Assembly (NCBI GenBank): GCA_002811645.1
Contig: PDIP01000037.1
Coordinates: forward strand, 7,345-71,344
Length of the DNA stretch: 64,000 nt
Origin: Corallochytrium limacisporum Hawaii
Lineage: Eukaryota; Protista; Pluriformea
Direction: 5' to 3'
The notes beneath the pieces were generated by a model that saw only the letters and a program-made list of their open reading frames with translations, ran no database searches and was not told the origin of the DNA. Positions within the stretch are counted from its first letter, which is position 1. Every line of letters starts with the position of its first letter. Shown piece by piece: positions 21,171 to 30,096 of the stretch. The position numbers were made by a program, and so were the translations under genes.

Positions 21171-21189
21171 GGACCACGACCATTACCAT
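21163..21189 (-). promoter_or_regulatory. Candidate uORF (MVMVVVHG*) overlapping the ZNHIT3 start codon out of frame
   Basis: ATG GTA ATG GTC GTG GTC CAT GGG TAA; two ATGs, with the stop lying within the first 8 nt of ZNHIT3. Whether it is transcribed depends on the unknown TSS. Confidence 0.45.
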
Positions 21190-21646
21190 CAAATATATTT
21201 AGTATCACAAACAAAAGTTCAGGTTTCTTGCTTTTAAAAGATTGTCAAAGATTTGAGAACTCGTTCTCTGGTCTGTCCGGGAATGGCCGCACAAGTATCA
21301 GTTCCCAGGCGCAGCCCCTGCAGTTCTGCGCGTGCCCAGCGGAAATACCACCCACCCACACACACACACACCCCAACCTCCCGGGGACACCTGCTGATGG
21401 CACCCACCCTGCACACCGCCCGCTCCCCTCCTCCCCCTTCCCCCCTCCCTCGCGGGGGCCGGCGGGGCCGGGGGAGGGGGAGTGGGTTTGTTCTACACCC
21501 CCAGCGCGGATCCAGGGTCAGCGACCGCAACTGAATGCAGCATTCAACAAGGAAGAGTGGGCTGGAAAACACATCCAATTGATACTCCCATATGATCCGT
21601 AGTTTCAACACATTATAACTGTACAGTTTCGATACTTGGTTTCTTT

Positions 21647-24600
21647 TTATTCCTTCTTGGTGGTGGTCGCTGTTGTTGCCGTGCCATTCGGTAAAGACTT
21701 TGAGTTCGTGGAACTTCTGTCACCATTCTGGCCCGAGTTCGCGCCCTGAGCAAGACTCTCCTTTGCGCGGGCGATCTCGTGTTGGACAAGGAGTTTCCTA
21801 CTCTTGAACACACGTGGGGCAAAGCCAGAGGACTCCAGAGTGACAGTGTCCTTATCTCCGGCGTCAGCAATGCCGTTCATTGCATCCTCCGCGTTGGTAT
21901 GCTCCACGGGCTCACCAGCTCCCTCGTCATCGCTGCGTGCTGTGGACGAACGGCGGCGGCGTCCCGGGCTCCGTGGGGTGTTCGGAGACACAGGAGTCGT
22001 GGCACCGTTCGAAACGTGGCCACTGTTTGCAACACCAGCGCCACCGTCCGTCGATGCTCCAGTCTCGGAGGCTGCACGGCTGCGGCCAGGAGACGGTGCA
22101 GCAATGGCCTGCACAAATTGCTGGTGGCGCTTCTTCTCGGCTGTTTCGAGTTTCAAATGCCTCTGCAGGTACGCTTCGTCGGACATTTCCTCGTCTGAGA
22201 CGGACGTGGGTACTTGCCGCTCCTTGTTGGCATCAGCATCCGCACTTGCTCCGCCCTTTTCCGTCGCGGGAGGTTCGTGCTTGCTATCCTCCTCCTCGGT
22301 GTGTCCCTGTGCAGAATGGCGCATCGAGCGGCGCGGCGTGACGCCGGTGGACGAAGCCTTCTTCTCTTCAGGCTTCTTCTCGTCGACCTTCTTCTCCTCA
22401 GCTTTCTTCTCTTCAGGTCCCTTCTCCTCAGTCTTCTCTGCAGCGTTTACCGCGGCTGCATCTGCAGCTGTTGCCGGGACGGTCACTGCGGCCTTGGAAG
22501 GATTCACCTCCCGCCAGTGAGGTGTCTCAATGTCCTTGTAGTCGATTTTGTCGATGCGATTCGCTGCAATACCCGACACCTGCGAAGGCAGAATGATGTT
22601 GTCCATTTCGTACGCTGTGGAACGCCTTCGCTTCTTCTCCTCGCTCTTATGACTCGCCGTTTCACCAGGGGTAGTTGCACCTGGTGTGGTTGGAGCACTG
22701 CGCTGGTCCTTCTGAGAGCCAGACTCGGAGTCGGCACGCTTCCGGCCTGGCGATCCCGGGACATTGGCCCCTCCAGTGTGGTCGCCGGTGGCCTTGCGCT
22801 TGCCCGTCAGGGTAACCGTGGCCATCTTCTTAACGCTGGCCTTTTTCTTGCCCGAAGCGGCCGCATCGGCCGCTCCCTTCGCTGCAGCTGCCCTTCTGCT
22901 CTTGTCTGCCATAGCTTTAACCTGGTCTGCTGTCCATTTTCGGGCGGCCCCATGTGCGGAGCGCAGACCGGAACTGCTTCTCTGCACTCGGGGTGCGTAC
23001 CGGACACAGTAATTTGGAAGATCCAGAGGCATGGAAAAGATGGGATGGTAGTGGTCATCGATTTGCGCTGCCTTCTCGTTCAAGTGGGCAGCTTCCGTCA
23101 GCTGAGGCTCAAACTGCATGGCAATCAAGCGACGGTGCCGGTACGTCTTCCGACTGCCGCGCTTGCGGAAGCGCCATAGGAGAGTGCGCGCACTGACGTC
23201 TCCCTTCTGCAAATCACTTTCGGCTTCAAAGGTGCGATCCACCCGCTCCAAAGTTTGGAAGTTGGCCTTTTCCATCCGAATCTCCCGGTACTTTGTATCA
23301 TAGTGCGCTATGCGCTTGTCCAGGTGCTGGATGCTACGTTCGAGCCAGGTCCACCGCCACGCAAGCTGCCGCCTTGAGTAGTTCCACTGACGGCGATGCG
23401 ACAGAGGAATGCTTTGCTTCATCCGCTGCTCCGCTTCGATATTCTCTGCTTCACTTTCCGGGTCGCTCACATCAGTGGCTTCTTCGTCAATATCCCGAAT
23501 GAGCTCGTGTTGCCATTTCTGCATGCGCTTGGTCAGTTTGCGGGCCGGGTCCGGCAAAATTTTTACACCGTCGGGAGTAAACAAATTCGGATACCTTGTG
23601 CCCGGCACTGGGGCCGGCAATTCTGCACGATGGGCATGAACGTACCGCATCATTTGCGTGCACAGGTGGGCATGCAGGTACTCATACTGATGCCGCCGTA
23701 ACTGCTTCTTGATATGGTGGAGTCGCTGTTCAAGCCGCGCAGCATTCTGCAGGATGGTGTCAAGTTCCATCTCCTCGGGGGTTAGTTTTTGCATGGTGCT
23801 TGGCACGGTACCTCCCATGATGGGCGACATGCTTCCCACATCTCCAAATCCTGCCATGGCTGCCTCAAAATCATCCGCACCGATATCCGGAATATCCAGC
23901 CCTTCCATGTTAACGTCACCGAGCCCGAAATCCATGTCCAGGTTGAGATCAGTACTCAACATGTCATCCTTCCGCACCGGAGCCGCCCCAGCAGTCGCGT
24001 CCCCGAACCCAGCCATAATGTCTCCAGTCACACTCATGAGTCCGGATGATCGTCCCAGTTGCTGCAGGTCCAGCTTCGTTAAATCATCCGTGCTGATTGA
24101 GATCCGCCCCGGGCTATCCAATACAATTCCAGTGCTTGACCCCTGGTTCGACGCACTCGCGGAGGTTTCACCAAAGCTAGGAATCTTGAATTCGTCCGCT
24201 GCCGTTGGCTTCTTGGCCACACTTGGGACGGTCTGGGCGGCGTCTGCCTTCGGTGCGGTGACATCTGTAGCAGAACGCATCGATGATGGCATTGATGACA
24301 TTGTCTTCCGCCGCAGCGGTGACGGAGGTGGTGCCCCGTCCTTGCCCACCGTCGATGACGTCGATGACGTAGATGGCCCGCGAGCCGATGGCCCTGCTCC
24401 CAGCGCAGGGGTCGCTCCCGTCTGAGTCGGAGACCGCAAAGGGCTCGTCTTGCTGAAGGATGTGTTGAGAAGACTGTCAAAGTCCACGGTATTACTGCCC
24501 AGCAGTCCTTGGATACTTCCTAGGTCGGGAATTTCTTCCCCCAGTCCCAATGGATTGGTTGACGGCGAGCCCTTGCCGGAGTCATCTCCGATAATGCTTC

Positions 24601-24934
24601 CGATCAATGCACTGGTGTCACTGTTCACGTCTTCGTTTAAAATTTTTGATATACTTGCGTCGAGGGCCGACACTTCCGCACCAATTGACGGTTCTGTTTC
24701 CTTACCCTTCCCAGCGTTCGCCTTGGACGAAAGTGGTATTCCCGGAGGGACAGATACGGAAGATTTCCTTGCCGTTCCAGCACTTGGTTCGACATCTTTC
24801 TGTTCTTTAGTACTCGTATTCTGTCCCGTCTGACTTAGATTTTGTGATCCTTCCCCAGTACTTGCTGTGGGTACGGCTGTGTTCTGCTTTCCAGGATCCT
24901 TCACCGACCCGTCGTCGGCGTCGTCGCCCACCAT
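21647..24934 (-). CDS. KANSL1: KANSL1/NSL1-like subunit of the NSL (MOF) acetyltransferase complex, PEHE domain
   Basis: 'DEEATDVSD', 'W...RRQLAWRWTWLERSI..LDKRI..YD..YREIR', WIN-like 'SARTL', 'HYHPIFS', 'YEMDNIILP', PEHE 'KDIETPHWR...EEMSDEAYLQRHLKLE.AEKKR'. Confidence 0.8.
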   Translation of the reverse strand: MVGDDADDGSVKDPGKQNTAVPTASTGEGSQNLSQTGQNTSTKEQKDVEPSAGTARKSSVSVPPGIPLSSKANAGKGKETEPSIGAEVSALDASISKILNEDVNSDTSALIGSIIGDDSGKGSPSTNPLGLGEEIPDLGSIQGLLGSNTVDFDSLLNTSFSKTSPLRSPTQTGATPALGAGPSARGPSTSSTSSTVGKDGAPPPSPLRRKTMSSMPSSMRSATDVTAPKADAAQTVPSVAKKPTAADEFKIPSFGETSASASNQGSSTGIVLDSPGRISISTDDLTKLDLQQLGRSSGLMSVTGDIMAGFGDATAGAAPVRKDDMLSTDLNLDMDFGLGDVNMEGLDIPDIGADDFEAAMAGFGDVGSMSPIMGGTVPSTMQKLTPEEMELDTILQNAARLEQRLHHIKKQLRRHQYEYLHAHLCTQMMRYVHAHRAELPAPVPGTRYPNLFTPDGVKILPDPARKLTKRMQKWQHELIRDIDEEATDVSDPESEAENIEAEQRMKQSIPLSHRRQWNYSRRQLAWRWTWLERSIQHLDKRIAHYDTKYREIRMEKANFQTLERVDRTFEAESDLQKGDVSARTLLWRFRKRGSRKTYRHRRLIAMQFEPQLTEAAHLNEKAAQIDDHYHPIFSMPLDLPNYCVRYAPRVQRSSSGLRSAHGAARKWTADQVKAMADKSRRAAAAKGAADAAASGKKKASVKKMATVTLTGKRKATGDHTGGANVPGSPGRKRADSESGSQKDQRSAPTTPGATTPGETASHKSEEKKRRRSTAYEMDNIILPSQVSGIAANRIDKIDYKDIETPHWREVNPSKAAVTVPATAADAAAVNAAEKTEEKGPEEKKAEEKKVDEKKPEEKKASSTGVTPRRSMRHSAQGHTEEEDSKHEPPATEKGGASADADANKERQVPTSVSDEEMSDEAYLQRHLKLETAEKKRHQQFVQAIAAPSPGRSRAASETGASTDGGAGVANSGHVSNGATTPVSPNTPRSPGRRRRSSTARSDDEGAGEPVEHTNAEDAMNGIADAGDKDTVTLESSGFAPRVFKSRKLLVQHEIARAKESLAQGANSGQNGDRSSTNSKSLPNGTATTATTTKKE

Positions 24935-25601
24935 TTGTGTTTCTTTATGATACCTGGCCGGCACTTTCTCCAAAATGCTTCAATTCAGGTTGGCATTATT
25001 AAGAGTCTGCAAATCCGTAAATGATAAATTTCGCCCTAACCCTAGGAAGCGAGAGACGCGCTCACCCTAAAGTTTCCCGCTGTCTTTGTAATGTGCCACT
25101 ACACTTTCACTGACTCACAGTCCGCACCATGACGCCAACTTTCAATTTTTGCTGGTCCCTTGTACACAGTCAAGAATCACTTGTACAGATGTACCCGGCG
25201 TTTCTCTCCAAAGCCGTCTATTTGGCGCGCAAATGATTCAACCTTGTGCACGTGCATGTCGTCTATGGGGCTGCCGAACAGGTGACGAATCTCACATCCG
25301 TTTCCCAGAAATACCACTTAACAAAGAAACTCATTCAGCTCCCGTTATTTTTTATTTTGAGCCCACCCGGGACCAAACAATAACACCGTCCTGAATCGCA
25401 AGTGATTGAGCGCCACCACAAGACTCATTGTCAACCGGAAACAAAAGGTTTGGCGTCGACACACTTGGCATGGCACCCGCCCTCAGGGCCTTGTGCGCTG
25501 CTCGCTCTTGTGTCACACACACACACACACACCCCACCGGGGAAATTGCAGGAACCCGGGACACTGAAAACCAAACCAATCTCAAAGACGAGCCACGCAC
25601 C

Positions 25602-25830
25602 ATCTCTCTCTCTCCCTCTTCCCCCCCCCGGGGGGGGGGGACCGGAGGGGAAAAAAGGGGGGGGGGGGGGGGGGAGGGGGAAAAGGGAGGGAATCCTCCT
25701 TTTCCTCTTTGTGTCCCTTCCCCCCCCTGCCCCACTTGCGCAAGAAAGAAAAATAAAAAAAAAAAAAAGAGGGGAGCCCCTTTAACCCACCTTACCCTTC
25801 TCTTCTTTTTGTTCTCTCAGTTCTTTTTGC
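25602..25830. repeat. Homopolymer / polypurine-polypyrimidine cluster (C9G11, long G run, A runs)
   Basis: Seen directly: alternating pyrimidine and purine tracts, preceded by (CA)n near 25514-25530. Confidence 0.85.
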
Positions 25831-26589
25831 TCCTGTACGAGCGCGCAGATCCACGGAAACACACGGCGAGAGTTCCATTTTTCTCTCCTGGCCTGCAAAA
25901 TTTGCCTGTCTTCGGTATTTCGGGATTGTATGGGTTCCGGGGACGAGACGGAACCCACCAGAGGGGGGTGATGATCAAGGCCATCAGGACCGAAGGTTGG
26001 GACGAGAGATCTGCACAGTCTGAAAGTTCCAGCCAGTACAAAGGTCTGCGATAGAAAGACCCTACTGTAAGTACCTGCACAGGGCGCCCGGTGGAGATGA
26101 GATGTGTGTGATGGCGGAGTAACGGGGGCCCGTAGGGCACCGGAGGAGAGGGCACTTCGTCGTCCTTGCGGGAGAACTTTTATTGCTCCCTCTTTGTGTG
26201 TTGCGGTCGGAAAATAAAGAGGCAGCACGAGAATCGATGAAGTGTATTAATATTCTAGGGAAAACAAATTTTGCTGTGAACCATAGACAATCCATGTCTT
26301 CCGAAGAAGCAAGACAACTAGTCATACTGCGAGCAAGCGTCCTTCTGCGACTGAATCCCGACGTGGAATCCTAGGAAAGGTACGAGAACATTGACTTCCT
26401 CGCGTCAAACGACGATAAAATAACTGTGGATCCACTCGCGATAACAAAAGTAAGAAAACCCCATCGGGAAAAGCGAAGAAGTCCAGCGGTGACAATAGCG
26501 GACGAGGACAATATGTACTGTAAATGAATCCGTAACCCTGACTGCGAGTAGCCGGGGAAATTTTGCCATCGGACAGACTGTGACAGAAC

Positions 26590-27819
26590 ATGCCTGGAAA
26601 CGGTTCGGTGCCTGTGGATACGATGCAGACCGGACCTACACCTTGGGACGATGCACAAATTGTGCTGAATCTCACTGAACAAGAGATGATCACACGGTAT
26701 TCAAAACCATACTTCGAATGGAAGCCACCAAAAGACCCTGTGTCTGCTGAGGCAGTGCTCAATTTAATGGAGAATGAACCGGAAAATCTCCTCCTGCTTG
26801 ACTGCAGGTCTTTGACAGACTATCAGCGCGCTCACCTGAAGGGCAGTGTCAACTTGTTGCTGCCTCCTATCCTTATGAAGCGGGCTATAAAGAACGGTGA
26901 CAAGGTAGACATTCGCAAAATGTTGTGCGGAACGAAAGCAAAGGACGTCGTTGACAAGCTGCACACAAAGCGGGTCATCCTGTTTGATAGTCAATGCCGA
27001 AATCCTGAGGACACCAAATCTACATTAGGATATGCGTTGGAGACTTTACATGGTGAAACTCCCTGCTTGTGGTACATAGAGGGCGGCATTGAAAGCTTTG
27101 AGCATGCAGCAGGGCTGACCCAACAATATGGTCTACAGGTCAACGAGCCTTTCGATAGCCCGGATAGTGATATGGGGCCTTCCGCTTACCACGATGCCAT
27201 GCAACTTCGCTTCGAAAGGCAGCTAAGTTCAAAAGTACCCAGTGATGACGAAACAAGTGCCAGACCGGCCTCAGGGATGCGTACCATAACACCTTCACAC
27301 ATTACCTCAGATCACACTGTAACGGAGGTTTTGCCGTTCTTGTACTTGTGTAGCATCGACGCCATTCAAAATCGGGAGAACTTGAAGCGGTTGGGAGTTA
27401 CTGATATTCTCAACGTTGCTACCGAGGCTGAGATACCGGATGATGACAACGGCACTTACAATGTGCGCAAAATCAGCCTCCTGGACACTGCTGAGGAGGA
27501 TCTCACTGGCAACATTCGGGAGGCCATTCGCTTCATTGAACACACACGCATTACCGGTGGAAAGTGCATCGTCTACTGTGTGGCTGGAAAGAGCCGCAGT
27601 GCTGCCATAGTCATTGCGTACCTAATGAAATACTGCAACATTCCGCTGAATGACGCTTACACCATGCTCAAGGACAAGCGTCCCGGCATTGCACCGTCAT
27701 TCAACTTCCTTGGCCAGCTTGACCTTCTTGAGAACGATCGCAACAGCGGAAAGCCGCATCCGTTCGAAATCAATCCTCTCCGCGCCAGCTACTCTGAGGA
27801 TAAGATTCAAATGAGCTAA
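26590..27819 (+). CDS. MAP kinase phosphatase (rhodanese domain + dual-specificity phosphatase)
   Basis: LLLDCRS..DYQRAHLKGSVN rhodanese; KIM-like 'ILMKRA'; active site YCVAGKSRSA..IAYLM; 'RPGIAPSFNFLGQL'. Confidence 0.92.
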   Translation: MPGNGSVPVDTMQTGPTPWDDAQIVLNLTEQEMITRYSKPYFEWKPPKDPVSAEAVLNLMENEPENLLLLDCRSLTDYQRAHLKGSVNLLLPPILMKRAIKNGDKVDIRKMLCGTKAKDVVDKLHTKRVILFDSQCRNPEDTKSTLGYALETLHGETPCLWYIEGGIESFEHAAGLTQQYGLQVNEPFDSPDSDMGPSAYHDAMQLRFERQLSSKVPSDDETSARPASGMRTITPSHITSDHTVTEVLPFLYLCSIDAIQNRENLKRLGVTDILNVATEAEIPDDDNGTYNVRKISLLDTAEEDLTGNIREAIRFIEHTRITGGKCIVYCVAGKSRSAAIVIAYLMKYCNIPLNDAYTMLKDKRPGIAPSFNFLGQLDLLENDRNSGKPHPFEINPLRASYSEDKIQMS

Positions 27820-28996
27820 CCCCTGTTAGTCACGACCATGAACTAGATCAATCAAAACCAAGAACGACCAATGAAATCTGACATCGCCCATTGCTTGAGT
27901 TGTGCATCTGCAAGCAGCAACTCCCATTCCATCTTCCTACGTAGCCATGAACATAACATGTATCATACATATTCCTGATCAATAAATGGATCTGATAATG
28001 TCAATAGTAGACAAAAGCATGAGTTTCCTTGCGATTTCGGTGCTCTCGACCTTGAATGACGGGTTGCTTCTTGATCCTCCGGCGCCTGCGCATTCTCGCA
28101 CCCACTCCCCGTCTGCGATTCTCCATGGACATCGCTATCGAAAATGATGCGGAAAGAAATGCGACGAAAAGCTTGACTCTCAGTACTGGATGACGGCGCA
28201 AAACGAAAAACAGATAGCCCGGAGAGCGCAGAGGACCGAGTCGGAAAATAAAACAGATCCCTAATCCCAAGGGTGAGCAGACGTGGAACGGGAACGATTT
28301 CTTCATCAATCCACTCCCCTTTTCCATTACCACCGCTTGGAGGTTGGAGGAGCTGGGAAGGGCGGGAAGAGGAGGTTGGGTTGGTTGTGGGTGGTACCGC
28401 CGTCTCTTACTGTCCGAAGACCTGGGACGGGGAACCAAAAAAAAGCAGATGCTCGGTATTTCAAAGATTCTCATAAAAGTATATCATAATGGGGACGGAC
28501 AAAAGACGAGGCCCCCCCCTCCCTCGGGGGAGCATGGCAATACTAAATGTACACGGCATGGAAATACTATGCGTTGATTGGCCAGAAACGGTCTGTGGAG
28601 GATGTTCGGGCGCGGATAGGGTCTCTAGGCCACTCGCGGTCGTGGGAGGAGGGGACCGAGAGGTGAAGGGACCGAGGGGTAAGGGAGCCTTTTGCAGGCT
28701 TGGGTGCCGGGTAACACAGGACGAGTCGTTGGGAGTGTACTTTCGGTTCCGAGGAGTGGCTTGAGGAGAGTCTGACGTCCGATAGTAATAACGTCACAAA
28801 CTATTTGATCACTGGAAAAACTATATGGGACACCCCCGTGGAATTCAGGAAAACATGCTAATCTGGTACATGAATGTAGAAAGAATAGACGGGTAACAGG
28901 GAAGCCCTAGTGACAAGACGGACAGAGCGCAGTGTGAGTCACCAAACATTAGTAAGCGCTTGTCGTTGACGGACTGAGCCCCTACACATAATAAAT

Positions 28997-29878
28997 ATGG
29001 CATCTTTGCGGAGAGCGGGTACCCTTAGTGATGGTGCTGTGCACAAGTGCAAGGCCCAGGTCTTCACTGCCAACCAGGGAAGCTGGCAGCCGAAGACCAG
29101 TGTTGCCATCACCATTTCAGTACTGCACCATGCATCCAAGGAGACACGGCGCATTCTTGGTATGCACAATAAGGAAGTCATTGTAAATAGTGCTATCGAG
29201 GAAGGACAGAAACTTGAGAAGTTGAACGAAGTGTTTGCCAGCTGGACCGACCGCCTTGGAGAGATCATTGGTCTGCAGTTCTTGGATGCGGAGACGTGTG
29301 ACATCTTTGGCCGTGTGTTTGCAGAGAGTGTGGAAATGGCAGCACGCCGTAATGGATCCTATAGCAGTCTTCCACGGTCCTCGCAGGCCACTCTCGCAGA
29401 AGAGCCGGAGAGTGAGGCTGCTGGTGATATTGAGGACCTCAAACGTCGCGTCGCTGAACTGCTGCGGGAGAAGGATGACATGGCAAAGGTCCTGGCTCAT
29501 GAGCGCGAGAAAGTGGCCAGACTGGAGAACAACGCGGGCCATTCAGCAGCTGCAGGAGGCAGTTTAAGCTCGGTGCCGAGTGGAGGGGATGTTTCACAGG
29601 ATCTCGTCAACCAAAACGCTGCCCTTCGTGAAGAGAATAACAAGCTCAAGGTCGCCATGGCACGATCTCAGGCTAACGTAACCACGTGGCAGAAGGAGAT
29701 TCGCACTCTGAAGAACAATAATGCTCGCCTGGTGGCAGCATTACGGGAGGCCACGTCGAACAGTGAGACATGGCGCAACACGCTGATGGCCATGATTGAC
29801 CAGAACACGAAACTCAGCCAGAAGTTCCAGGATCTGCAGGACGTACAGACCCGATTCCACACCATCCTCAAAGCATGA
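28997..29878 (+). CDS. HOMER: Homer-family scaffold (EVH1 + coiled coil)
   Basis: EVH1 'KAQVF...SWQP...IVNSAI...FASWTD...IGLQF'; Homer-typical coil 'ENNKLKVAMARSQANVTTWQKEIRTLKNNNARLVAALREA'. Confidence 0.85.
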   Translation: MASLRRAGTLSDGAVHKCKAQVFTANQGSWQPKTSVAITISVLHHASKETRRILGMHNKEVIVNSAIEEGQKLEKLNEVFASWTDRLGEIIGLQFLDAETCDIFGRVFAESVEMAARRNGSYSSLPRSSQATLAEEPESEAAGDIEDLKRRVAELLREKDDMAKVLAHEREKVARLENNAGHSAAAGGSLSSVPSGGDVSQDLVNQNAALREENNKLKVAMARSQANVTTWQKEIRTLKNNNARLVAALREATSNSETWRNTLMAMIDQNTKLSQKFQDLQDVQTRFHTILKA

Positions 29879-30096
29879 GTTGTGGGTAACTGTCAAGAAT
29901 GATATAACAAACAAAGACAAAGACAGTCAGAGGTGGAAATACTTCCTAACCCCGATTGACTATGAATAACAATGCTTTACGAAATATGGATAACAGTTTA
30001 AGTTGAAGAGTAGTGCGTTGAGAGACCTGATTAGCGTTTTCCTCATGACTTGGTACACGTACACGGTGCACAGATGCCGGTTAGTTGCTTGCTTAC

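Noticed and set aside
25352-26228. ORFs of 100-200 aa in promoter islands (also near 8172-8790, 12936-13480, 47344-47864, 54749-55135)
   Set aside because: Translations of homopolymer tracts (poly-G/P/K/F); stop-poor by composition.
27571-27603. YC instead of HC at the phosphatase active site
   Set aside because: The catalytic CX5R motif is intact; a minor substitution, not evidence of novelty.
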